Source of the DNA: Patescibacteria group bacterium
GTDB lineage: Bacteria > Patescibacteriota > Patescibacteriia > Patescibacteriales > UBA12465
Length of the DNA stretch: 64,000 nucleotides
NCBI GenBank assembly: GCA_041661685.1
Contig: JBAZTY010000002.1
Span: forward strand, 93,126 to 157,125
Reading direction: 5' to 3'
Positions within the stretch are counted from its first letter, which is position 1, and the number at the start of each line of letters is the position of its first letter. A model generated the notes under the pieces. That model was not told the DNA's origin and did no database searches. It worked only from the letters and a program-made list of their open reading frames with translations. The translations under genes were made by a program, and so were the position numbers. Below, piece by piece: positions 9,834 through 18,849 of this stretch.

Positions 9834-12827
9834 ATGCCTTCGGAATCCTTAAAACAATTGAATAAGGCGCAGCAGACGGCCGTTATCCATGATCAAGGGC
9901 CACTCTTGATAGTGGCTGGCGCCGGCACTGGCAAGACTACGGTTCTAATAAATCGCTTGGCCCATCTGATTATGGATAAGAAGATCAAGACTGATGAGAT
10001 ATTGCTCCTAACTTTTACGGAGAAAGCGGCCGGAGAATTGGAAGATAGGGCGGAGAATATCCTGCCTTACGGTTATGTTGATTTATGGATTAATACTTTT
10101 CACGGTTTCTGCGAGCGGATACTCCGGGAATTCGGCCTGGATATCGGACTTAATCCCGGGTTCAAGCTGCTCAGCTCGACTGATCAATGGGTGCTCATCA
10201 AGAAGAATCTGGATCGCTTCAACCTGGATTATTATCGGCCGCTCGGCAATCCGACTAAATTCATTTCCGAATTATTACGGCATTTCTCCCGGCTTAAGGA
10301 TGAAAATATTTCTCCGGCAGAATATTTAAAATACTCAGAAGAATTAGAGGCGGGCCTGCCTGGAGATGAAGACGAGGAAGTTCGGGAAAAAGACCGGATC
10401 AAGGAGCTCGCCGGCGCTTACCATACCTATAATCAATTATTGTTAGAGAATAATTTCTTGGATTTCGGCGATCTGATCGTCTATGCCTTGAAATTATTCA
10501 GAGAACGGAAGAATATCCTGAAGTTTTATCGTGATAAGTTCAAGTATGTCATGGTCGATGAATTTCAGGACACTAATTGGGCGCAGTATGAATTAGTGAA
10601 GATGCTGGCCGCGCCGAAGAACAATCTTGTCGTCGTCGGCGATGATGACCAGGCTATCTATAAATTCCGCGGCGCGTCATTATCCAATATCATGCAGTTC
10701 AAGGATGATTATCCTAAAGCCGCAGAGATCGTCTTGATAGAAAATTATCGTTCGCGCCAAGCTATTCTCGACCATGCTTATCAATTCATCCAGAATAATA
10801 ATCCGAATCGGTTAGAGACTAGATTGAAATTAGATAAGCAGCTCGTCGCTAAAGGAGAGATCAATAAGAAGAAGTTATTAGGAGGCCCAGTCAAATTTTT
10901 TAATTTTGAGTCGGCTACCGATGAGGTGTCGTATGTGGCGCAAAAGATGAAAGAACTTCATGAGATTGGTGCGGGCGAGACTAATTGGTCTGATTTTGCG
11001 ATTCTTGTGCGCGCGAATGATACGGCCGAGGCCTATGTCAAAGAATTAACTCGCCAGAATATCCCGAATCAGTTCATGTCTTGGCGCGGGCTCTATTATA
11101 AGCCGATCATCCTCGACATCCTGGCTTTTTTTCGGCTCTTAGACAATTATCATGAATCAGCAGCTCTCTTTCGCGTCTTGAATATGGAAATCTTCAAGGT
11201 GGCGCATCTTGACCTTGTTAATATAAATAAGATGGCGGCGCGCAAGGTCTGGTCTTTGTACGAAGCCTTGAAGAATATTAATGCTATTCCTAGCGTCAGC
11301 CCGGAGAGCGTCAAGAGTATTAATAAGCTGCTCGCGCTCATTGAAGAGTTTTCCCAGATGGCCGCTACGGCCAAGCCGACTAAGATATTCTTGCGCTTCG
11401 CTTATGATTCCGGGTTATTGGCGGATTTAGACCATGATCGAGATCTGGAATTATTCTCGTTTTTGAACCAGCTTTATCAGAAAATCAAGAAGATGGAGGA
11501 GACTGAGCCGGATCTGCGCTTGGGAGAATTTCTTGCCGCGATAAATTTGGAGCTTGATGCCGGCGAGACTGGATCATTGAAGCTTGATTTCGCCGATAGC
11601 GACGTGGTTAAGATCATGACCGTGCACGGCGCCAAAGGCTTGGAATTCAAATATGTCTTCATGGTCAATCTGGTCGATAAGAAATTCCCGACTATTTCCA
11701 GAAGCGAGAAGATTTCGATTCCAGACGCGCTAGTGAGGGAAAAATTGACGGATACCGCTGATGCGCATATAGAAGAAGAGCGCCGCTTGTTTTACGTGGC
11801 GGCGACGAGAGCTAAGGATGAACTATATCTGACTGGCGCCAAAGATTACGGCGGCGCGCGCGAGAAGAAGCCGTCCCGCTTCATTTCCGAGATGGGGTTG
11901 GCCAGCGAGATCGGGCCGGAATTATCTTTGAGCGAGAAGAATGAATTCTTGCGCGACCTGCATTACCTCAACGCTCGCGAATTGGCGACCGTCGAGAAGA
12001 GCGCGGCGGAAAAGTATCCGCTGCCGGATAAATTTTCTTTCTCGCAATTAGCGGCTTATTCGACCTGTCCACTGCAATATAAATACGCTTTCATCCTGAA
12101 AGTTCCGGCTTCGACCGATAAGGCCTCGCTCATCTTCGGGCGCGTCCTCCATAATACTTTATATAATTTCTTATTGCCGCTCTTAAGCGAACGGAAAGTA
12201 TTGCAAGGCGATCTGTTTTCCGGTCTAGAAACGTCCGCCGGCAAAGCGGCGAAGAAGAAAGCCGAGGATAATCTTTTGAGTGAAAAGAGACTAATGGAAT
12301 TATATGCGGAGTTCTGGCAGGCGGATGGTTATGCCTCCAAGGAAGAGCGAGAAAAATATAAGATCAAGGGCCGCGAGGCCTTGAAGAAGTTCTTAATCGC
12401 TTATAAATCGGACGCGGTTCACGAAATACTATTCCTGGAAAAGAAATTCTCTTTCAAGATCGGGCTAGACGTTATCAAGGGCGCGATTGATCGCGTCGAT
12501 AAGCTCAGCGACGGAACTTTGGAGATTGTCGACTATAAGACCGGCAAGAACAAAGAGAAACTGGAATTTAAAGATAAGCGCCAGTTGATCCTGTATCAGC
12601 TATTCTTGGAGGAATTCTTGGGCGTCAAAGTCAGCGCTCTCAGTTATTATTATCTAGAGAGCGGCGAGAAGAGATCGTTCGTCGCGTCTGAAAAAGATAT
12701 CACGAAAGTGCGCACGGAAATATTGGCAGAGATTGCGGCTATCAAAAAGCGCGATTTCACGCCGACGCCATCTTTGATGTGCCAGTTCTGCGATTTTAAT
12801 TCTATCTGCGAGTTTAGGGAAGTTTAA
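9834..12827 (+). CDS. UvrD/PcrA-type SF1 helicase fused to a C-terminal PD-(D/E)xK Fe-S nuclease (AddB/Cas4-like)
   Basis: Walker [46 protein letters not shown] and [11 protein letters not shown]. The C-terminus has CPLQYKY .. [17 protein letters not shown] .. [10 protein letters not shown] (four Cys plus D..D.K). Confidence 0.88.
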   Translation: MPSESLKQLNKAQQTAVIHDQGPLLIVAGAGTGKTTVLINRLAHLIMDKKIKTDEILLLTFTEKAAGELEDRAENILPYGYVDLWINTFHGFCERILREFGLDIGLNPGFKLLSSTDQWVLIKKNLDRFNLDYYRPLGNPTKFISELLRHFSRLKDENISPAEYLKYSEELEAGLPGDEDEEVREKDRIKELAGAYHTYNQLLLENNFLDFGDLIVYALKLFRERKNILKFYRDKFKYVMVDEFQDTNWAQYELVKMLAAPKNNLVVVGDDDQAIYKFRGASLSNIMQFKDDYPKAAEIVLIENYRSRQAILDHAYQFIQNNNPNRLETRLKLDKQLVAKGEINKKKLLGGPVKFFNFESATDEVSYVAQKMKELHEIGAGETNWSDFAILVRANDTAEAYVKELTRQNIPNQFMSWRGLYYKPIILDILAFFRLLDNYHESAALFRVLNMEIFKVAHLDLVNINKMAARKVWSLYEALKNINAIPSVSPESVKSINKLLALIEEFSQMAATAKPTKIFLRFAYDSGLLADLDHDRDLELFSFLNQLYQKIKKMEETEPDLRLGEFLAAINLELDAGETGSLKLDFADSDVVKIMTVHGAKGLEFKYVFMVNLVDKKFPTISRSEKISIPDALVREKLTDTADAHIEEERRLFYVAATRAKDELYLTGAKDYGGAREKKPSRFISEMGLASEIGPELSLSEKNEFLRDLHYLNARELATVEKSAAEKYPLPDKFSFSQLAAYSTCPLQYKYAFILKVPASTDKASLIFGRVLHNTLYNFLLPLLSERKVLQGDLFSGLETSAGKAAKKKAEDNLLSEKRLMELYAEFWQADGYASKEEREKYKIKGREALKKFLIAYKSDAVHEILFLEKKFSFKIGLDVIKGAIDRVDKLSDGTLEIVDYKTGKNKEKLEFKDKRQLILYQLFLEEFLGVKVSALSYYYLESGEKRSFVASEKDITKVRTEILAEIAAIKKRDFTPTPSLMCQFCDFNSICEFREV

Positions 12828-12837
12828 ATTCAAACAT

Positions 12838-13863
12838 ATGCCTAATAAAACTGCCGATCGCTTAATCAGTCCGATAGAACGCCAAGGAGACGAGGCGCTC
12901 GATCTTTCGTTGCGTCCGAAATCCCTGAAGGACTATGTCGGACAGGAAAAGATCAAGGAAAATCTGGGAATAACTATTGCGGCCGCGAAGAAGCGCGGCG
13001 AACCGATCGAGCATATTTTGTTATACGGCGCTCCGGGTCTCGGCAAGACGACTTTAGCGCATGTTATTGCTAATGAGATTGGGGCGAATATCCGAGTGAC
13101 TTCCGGTCCGGCGATAGAGAAGAGCGGAGATCTGGCCGCAATCCTTTCTAACCTTGAAGCGGGAGATATATTATTCATCGATGAAATTCATCGCCTGCCG
13201 AAGACCGTCGAAGAGATCCTATATCCGGCTATGGAAGATTACGCGCTTGATATCGTCATGGGCAAAGGCCCGAGCGCGCGGACTCTGCGCCTAGATCTGC
13301 CGAAGTTCACGATCATCGGAGCGACGACTTTGGCTAGCTTATTGTCGGCGCCATTGCGCGATCGTTTCGGCGTCACTCATCACCTTAATTTTTATGAGAC
13401 TGGCGATATCGAGAAGATCATCGGTCGCAGCGCCGGCATCTTGAGCGTCGACATGGATGTAGAAGCGCGCCGCGAGATCGCACAGCGCAGCCGGCGGACG
13501 CCGCGCATCGCCAATCGCTTGTTGAAACGAGTACGCGATTATTGCGAGGTGAAAGGCGATGGCCGGGTCTCTTTGAAAGACAGCCTCGACGCCTTCAAGA
13601 TGCTGGAAGTAGACGAGCTCGGCCTCGATCTTGTCGATCGCCGTATTTTAGAGACCATTATCAATAAGTTTAAAGGCGGTCCAGTCGGGCTAAATACGCT
13701 CGCTGCCGCTAGCGGCGAAGAGATAGATACGATTGAGAATATCTATGAGCCGTATTTGATGCAGCTTGGTTTTCTTGATCGCTCGTCGCGCGGACGCATC
13801 GTTACGGCTTTAGGCTATCAGCACTTAGGGCTGAAAGAACCGGGAACAGGAAAACTCATTTAA
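12838..13863 (+). CDS. ruvB: Holliday junction branch migration ATPase RuvB
   Basis: [19 protein letters not shown], Walker [20 protein letters not shown] and [15 protein letters not shown]. Confidence 0.95.
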   Translation: MPNKTADRLISPIERQGDEALDLSLRPKSLKDYVGQEKIKENLGITIAAAKKRGEPIEHILLYGAPGLGKTTLAHVIANEIGANIRVTSGPAIEKSGDLAAILSNLEAGDILFIDEIHRLPKTVEEILYPAMEDYALDIVMGKGPSARTLRLDLPKFTIIGATTLASLLSAPLRDRFGVTHHLNFYETGDIEKIIGRSAGILSVDMDVEARREIAQRSRRTPRIANRLLKRVRDYCEVKGDGRVSLKDSLDAFKMLEVDELGLDLVDRRILETIINKFKGGPVGLNTLAAASGEEIDTIENIYEPYLMQLGFLDRSSRGRIVTALGYQHLGLKEPGTGKLI

Positions 13864-13865
13864 TT

Positions 13866-14927
13866 ATGATTAAGACTTCAGACTTTGATTATCATCTGCC
13901 GAGTGAACTCATCGCTCAGAAGCCGGCTAGACCGCGGGATCACTCGCGGCTTTTGTTGTTAAATAAAGAAAGCGGCGCAATCAGTCATCATCATTTTTTT
14001 GAAATCGTCGACTATCTGAAGGAAGGTGACGTCTTGGTTTTAAATAATTCTAAAGTGTTTCCAGCGCGTCTCCTTGGTCATAAGGTGGAAACCGGCGGCG
14101 CGATAGAAATTTTCTTGCATAAGAAAAGCAAGGATGCTGAATGGGAGTGTCTGGTCGGCGGAAGAGTTAAGGAGGGATTGAAGATTCAATTTCCCAAAAA
14201 CCTCTTAGCCGCGACCATTATAAAAAATAATAATGACGGCACCTGGCAAGTAGAATTTAATTTGGCTGGCGATAAATTTTGGCAAGCGATTGAGAAAGTC
14301 GGCCTCGTTCCGCTCCCGCCTTATATCAAGCGCGATAAGAAGACCGCGAGCGATAAGAATAATTATCAGACGGTCTTCGCTGATCCGCATAAAATCGGTT
14401 CGGCCGCCGCGCCGACCGCCGGGCTTCATTTTACGAAGATCCTGTTGAAGAAGATCAAGGCCAGGGGCGTAAAAATAGTGACAGTTACTTTGCATGTCGG
14501 GCTCGGTACCTTCGCTCCAGTTAAAACAGAGCTCATCACCGAGCATAAGATGCATAGCGAATATGCTGAAATCAGCGCGCGGACCGCTAAGGATATCTTG
14601 ACCGCAAAAAAGAATGGCGGACGAATAATCGCTGTCGGTACGACGAGTTGCCGCACTCTGGAATCAGCTGATTGGGAGAAGTTTATCGAGCAATCGGAAC
14701 GCGGTTTCCTAGAACCCCAATCGTTTTGGACCGAAATATTCATCTATCCCGGGTATAAATTCAAGATCGTCGACGCCCTCATCACTAATTTTCATCTGCC
14801 TAAATCGACCCTCTTGATGCTCGTGAGCGCTCTAGCCGGCAAAAGCCATATTGACGAGGCTTATTATCAGGCCGTTTTAGACCGTTATCGCTTCTTCAGT
14901 TATGGTGATGCGATGTTTATTTACTGA
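13866..14927 (+). CDS. queA: S-adenosylmethionine:tRNA ribosyltransferase-isomerase
   Basis: FDYHLPSELIAQKPARPRDHSRLL, VGTTSCRTLES and ITNFHLPKSTLLMLVSA. Ends in TGA, showing TGA is a stop here. Confidence 0.95.
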   Translation: MIKTSDFDYHLPSELIAQKPARPRDHSRLLLLNKESGAISHHHFFEIVDYLKEGDVLVLNNSKVFPARLLGHKVETGGAIEIFLHKKSKDAEWECLVGGRVKEGLKIQFPKNLLAATIIKNNNDGTWQVEFNLAGDKFWQAIEKVGLVPLPPYIKRDKKTASDKNNYQTVFADPHKIGSAAAPTAGLHFTKILLKKIKARGVKIVTVTLHVGLGTFAPVKTELITEHKMHSEYAEISARTAKDILTAKKNGGRIIAVGTTSCRTLESADWEKFIEQSERGFLEPQSFWTEIFIYPGYKFKIVDALITNFHLPKSTLLMLVSALAGKSHIDEAYYQAVLDRYRFFSYGDAMFIY

Positions 14928-15017
14928 ACATTAGGGAAAATCATTGATTTGATTTATTCGTGATTTTCTGATATAGTGGAGTTTGAATTATCTCATCTTA
15001 TTTATATTTTTTTCGAT

Positions 15018-15587
15018 ATGAAAAAGTTTTTTTTGTTCATCTGGGAGATCACGAAAGTAGTAGCCATCTCATTGGCGATAATCCTGCCAGTCAGGTATTT
15101 TTTGATTCAGCCTTTTTATGTTAAGGGTGCTTCTATGGAGCCTAATTTTCATGATCACGAATACCTGATTATCGATGAGCTCAGCTATCGTTTCGAAGCT
15201 CCAGCGCGTGGCCAGGTAATCGTCTTCCGTTATCCGCGCAATCCGCAGGAATATTTTATCAAGCGCGTCATCGGCTTGCCGGGCGAGCAGGTTCAGATTA
15301 AGGACGGCCAAGTCATTATTTTTAATGAAGCCCATCCAGAAGGATTCGCTATCAATGAGAAATACCTGTCCGGCGACTTAATCACGTTTGACTCTAGCGA
15401 AATCAAGGTGACTGTCGGGCCTGACGAATATTTTGTCCTCGGAGATAATCGTAGCGCTTCCAAGGATTCACGCAGCTTCGGCCCGGTCAACAAAAGCTTT
15501 ATCACCGGAAAAGTTTTATTCCGTGGCTGGCCCCTGAATGAGATTACGGTTTTTGATAATAATTATTGGCCTCAATATAATAACTAA
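15018..15587 (+). CDS. lepB: signal peptidase I
   Basis: GASMEPNF (catalytic Ser), KRVIGLPGE (catalytic Lys) and GDNRSASKDSR. The ATG at 15018 (MKKFFLF) is preferred over the upstream GTG. Confidence 0.9.
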   Translation: MKKFFLFIWEITKVVAISLAIILPVRYFLIQPFYVKGASMEPNFHDHEYLIIDELSYRFEAPARGQVIVFRYPRNPQEYFIKRVIGLPGEQVQIKDGQVIIFNEAHPEGFAINEKYLSGDLITFDSSEIKVTVGPDEYFVLGDNRSASKDSRSFGPVNKSFITGKVLFRGWPLNEITVFDNNYWPQYNN

Positions 15588-15592
15588 ATTTT

Positions 15593-16975
15593 ATGCCTAG
15601 AAGAAAGAAGGGCGCTCCTGAAGCGGCCAAAAAGATTGAACGCCGGAGCGAAAAGACTCCGAATCGCCTTCTGGGAATGAAGGATTGGGTCGGATCAGAG
15701 TGCCGTTATTTTGATTTCGTCGTCACCAAGGCTAATGAGTTCGCGAAGATTTATAGCTTTACGCCGATAAAGACTCCGATCATGGAAAGCCTTGATTTAT
15801 ATAAGAAATCGACGCGCCATGCCGCGGAACGGGAATTTTATTCCGTGGAAGGAGAAAAAAGCGAAAAGATGGTCCTGCGTCCCGAAATGACTCAGGGTGT
15901 TATCCGCGCTTACTTGGAGAATAATCTCGGAGAATCTGGATTGCCGGCGAGATTATTTTCGCTCGGACCGATTTTCCGTCATGAAAAATTACAGACTGGT
16001 CATTATCGTGAATCTACTCAGATGAACCTGGAGATTATCGGCGAAGATAAGCCGCTAGCCGAAGCTTTACTGGTTACGGTCGCCCATAATTTTTTTGCGG
16101 AACTGGGAATTAAGACTCAAGTGCAGATAAATAGCATCGGCAGCTCTGAATGCCGCCGGGAATATTGCAATAAGCTGCTGTCTTTCTATAAGGAAAGAGG
16201 CCGCCGTTCTAAGCTTTGTAATTCCTGTAAGAATAATTTAGGCAAGAATTGCCTGAGCTTATTAGATTGCACTGAAGAAGCTTGCGTTAAGGCGCGTGAA
16301 GAAGCGCCGCAGATCGCGGATTACTTATCAACCGAAAGCCGCGAGCATTTTACCAAGACTTTAGAATTTTTGGATGAATTAAATATCAACTATAACTTCA
16401 ATCCTTATCTCGTCCGCGGCTTGAATTATTATAATGATACGGTCTTTGAATTCTGGCCGATCAATGAAGATGGTTCTATCCTGGGCAAGATCGCTCTTGG
16501 CGGCGGCGGTCGTTATGATTCGTTAGTGGAAAATCTGGGAGGAGCCTCGGCCCCGGCTATCGGATTGGCCATTGGAATCGAAAGAACCTTGGCCAAGATC
16601 AAAGATAAGCAGCTCTTGATAAATAAACAGGAAGAAGATATAGTGTTTATTGCGCAATTAGGCGACCAGGCTAAGCTCAAATCTTTGCAATTATTCGAGG
16701 ATTTACGTAATGCCGGTTTCAATGTCCGCCAATCTTTCGCTTCTGACAGTCTGAGGACTCAGCTCGAAGAAGCGACGACCATGCAGGCCAAGACTAGCTT
16801 AATATTAGGTAAGAAAGAGATAATGGATGGGACTATCCTGATGCGGGATATGGATTCGGGAGCACAAGAAACCGTCGTTTATAAGAAAATTAAAGAAAGA
16901 TTGTCTAAAAAAGATAAATTAATCGAGAAAAGATTAAATAATAGAAAGGAAGGTGGACTTTATGGCGGACTTTAA
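15593..16975 (+). CDS. hisS: histidine--tRNA ligase
   Basis: Class II motifs LRPEMTQGVIRAY, GPIFRHEKLQTGHYRESTQ and GGGRYD, plus a C-terminal anticodon-binding domain. The insertion domain is Cys-rich. Confidence 0.9.
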   Translation: MPRRKKGAPEAAKKIERRSEKTPNRLLGMKDWVGSECRYFDFVVTKANEFAKIYSFTPIKTPIMESLDLYKKSTRHAAEREFYSVEGEKSEKMVLRPEMTQGVIRAYLENNLGESGLPARLFSLGPIFRHEKLQTGHYRESTQMNLEIIGEDKPLAEALLVTVAHNFFAELGIKTQVQINSIGSSECRREYCNKLLSFYKERGRRSKLCNSCKNNLGKNCLSLLDCTEEACVKAREEAPQIADYLSTESREHFTKTLEFLDELNINYNFNPYLVRGLNYYNDTVFEFWPINEDGSILGKIALGGGGRYDSLVENLGGASAPAIGLAIGIERTLAKIKDKQLLINKQEEDIVFIAQLGDQAKLKSLQLFEDLRNAGFNVRQSFASDSLRTQLEEATTMQAKTSLILGKKEIMDGTILMRDMDSGAQETVVYKKIKERLSKKDKLIEKRLNNRKEGGLYGGL

Positions 16976-17195
16976 GAGAAAACCAGGTGAAAGTTTTGAA
17001 AGTTTCTTGAGAAAATTCAAGAAAGGCTTGAAAAATAGCAAGCGTTTGGAAAAGGCGCGTTCAAAACAGCACATGGAACCGAAAAAAACCAAGCAGAAGC
17101 AGAAAAAGCACGCGTTAATCGGGCTGGATTTGCGTAAGAAAAACGAGTATTTGCGCAAGATCGGCAAATTGCCGGAAAGCAATATGCGTCCGTAA
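16962..17195 (+). CDS. rpsU: 30S ribosomal protein S21
   Basis: GESFESFLRKFKKGLKNSKRLEKARSKQHMEPKKTKQKQKKHA fits the S21 pattern (es.e.alrrFkr ... yekP..rkrk). A purine-rich aaggaaggtgg lies 6 nt upstream of the ATG at 16962. Overlaps the hisS end. Confidence 0.75.
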   Translation: MADFKRKPGESFESFLRKFKKGLKNSKRLEKARSKQHMEPKKTKQKQKKHALIGLDLRKKNEYLRKIGKLPESNMRP

Positions 17196-17216
17196 TCATC
17201 TAAATATCTTAGATTT

Positions 17217-17244
17217 AAAAAGACCTCTAGAAAGAGGTCTTTTT
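17217..17244. terminator. bidirectional rho-independent terminator between rpsU and the RSH gene
   Basis: aaaa-agacctct-agaa-agaggtct-tttt: a perfect 8-bp GC-containing stem flanked by A and T runs. Confidence 0.8.
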
Positions 17245-17262
17245 GTATTTTTTAGCGTCGAA

Positions 17263-18732
17263 TTATTTATTGATTCCCGGGATGAATCTCTTGATGTTCT
17301 CCAGCGTTGTTTTCTTGGCGTATTGCTTGATGTGGTCGCGGGCGCGCTTGGTCTTAACGAACTTGAGCCAATCGCGATTAGGATAGGGGCGATTCTTTTC
17401 CGTCAGTATTTCGACAAAGTCGCCGTTCTTCAATTCCTGATCAAGCTTGCTTAATTTATCGTTCACGATGACGCCACTCGCCTTGTTGCCGATATTGGTA
17501 TGGACGGCATAAGCGAAATCGATGGGCGTCGATCCTTCCGGCAATTCGAAGACATCGCCTTTCGGCGAGAAGACGAAGATGCGGTCGCGGAAGATATCAA
17601 GCTTTATTTTTTTGACGAACTCGTTGGTATTGGTGATTTCTTTTTGGATCTCTATGATCTCGTCTACCCAAGTCGGAGCTTTATAGGTTTGATGGCCGCG
17701 CTGATTCTTATAATACCAATGAGCGGCTAAGCCGTAAATGCTTTCTTCATGCATCTCTTGCGTCCTAATCTGGAATTCAGTCGCCTTGCCCTCCGGACCG
17801 AAGATAGTAGTGTGCAGCGAGCGGTAGCCGTTCGGCTTAGGCACGGCGATATAATCCTTGAAGCGGTTAGGCTTCGGTTTCCAGAGAGTATGGATGATGC
17901 CTAGAGTCTTATAGCAATCGTCGACTGTCGGCACGATAATGCGCAGAGCGAAGACATCGTAGATTTCATCGAATTTACGGTCTTTTTCCTGCATCTTGCG
18001 GTAGATGCTATAGAGATGCTTGAAACGGACTTCAATATCATATTTTTTCAGTCCGGCCTCTTCTAATTTAGGAGTCAGGATGCTTTTAATCTTATGGAAG
18101 AAGCGATTTCTTTCGACTTTTTTTTCAACTTCGTATTTATATTCTAGCTCATGATATTTTTCCGGGTACAAGACTTTGAAGCAGATATCTTCCATCTGCC
18201 ATTTTAGGCGGCTAATACCTAAGAGGCCGGCAATAGGAGCGTATATCTCTAAAGTTTCGCGCGCGATTCTTTTTTGCTTTTCCGGAGGCAATGTTTCCAA
18301 GGTCCGCAAGTTATTTAGACGGTCGCAAAATTTTATAAAGATTACTCTCAGGTCGCTAGCCATCGCCAGGAACATCTTTTTCAGATTCTCGCGATAGCGT
18401 TCGATGCCGCGATATTTTATTTTTCCGAGCTTAGTGACGCCCTCGACTAAGGTCGCTATTTCCGGACCGAAGAGTATTTTTACGTCCTCTAAAGTCTTTT
18501 CCGTATCCTCGGGAACGTCATGCAATAAGCCGGCGGCGACGGTCGCTAGGTCGGCTTTTATCTCCGCGAGAATATAGGCGGTATGGAGAGGATGCTGGAT
18601 ATAGGGTTCGCCGTTCTTTCGGAGCTGTCCCTTATGAGCGTCACTTGCAAAATCGAACGCTAAAGACAGGATAGAGGCGTCTTCTCCGGGGTGGTTTTCG
18701 TGAAATTTTTTTATTATCCGTTCAATCGTCAT
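17263..18732 (-). CDS. RelA/SpoT homologue (HD hydrolase + (p)ppGpp synthetase + TGS)
   Basis: HD domain (HPLHTAYILAEI .. LHDVPEDT), synthetase core (YRSLHTTIFGPEGKATEFQIRTQEMH) and TGS (IFVFSPKGDVFELPEGSTPIDFAYAVH). Confidence 0.9.
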   Translation of the reverse strand: MTIERIIKKFHENHPGEDASILSLAFDFASDAHKGQLRKNGEPYIQHPLHTAYILAEIKADLATVAAGLLHDVPEDTEKTLEDVKILFGPEIATLVEGVTKLGKIKYRGIERYRENLKKMFLAMASDLRVIFIKFCDRLNNLRTLETLPPEKQKRIARETLEIYAPIAGLLGISRLKWQMEDICFKVLYPEKYHELEYKYEVEKKVERNRFFHKIKSILTPKLEEAGLKKYDIEVRFKHLYSIYRKMQEKDRKFDEIYDVFALRIIVPTVDDCYKTLGIIHTLWKPKPNRFKDYIAVPKPNGYRSLHTTIFGPEGKATEFQIRTQEMHEESIYGLAAHWYYKNQRGHQTYKAPTWVDEIIEIQKEITNTNEFVKKIKLDIFRDRIFVFSPKGDVFELPEGSTPIDFAYAVHTNIGNKASGVIVNDKLSKLDQELKNGDFVEILTEKNRPYPNRDWLKFVKTKRARDHIKQYAKKTTLENIKRFIPGINK

Positions 18733-18780
18733 ATTAGCTCAGTTCTTGGTTTGGCAGCCCTTTTTCATTTCAGCCGTTTA

Positions 18781-18789
18781 TGTTATAAT
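18781..18789 (+). promoter_or_regulatory. possible extended -10 element upstream of the surface-protein locus
   Basis: TGtTATAAT at 18781-18789, about 60 nt upstream of the ATG at 18850. No convincing -35. Confidence 0.3.
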
Positions 18790-18849
18790 AGAAGCATCGC
18801 AATTATACCATAATGAACGCCAGTTTAAAAATTTTTATCCCTTTAAACA

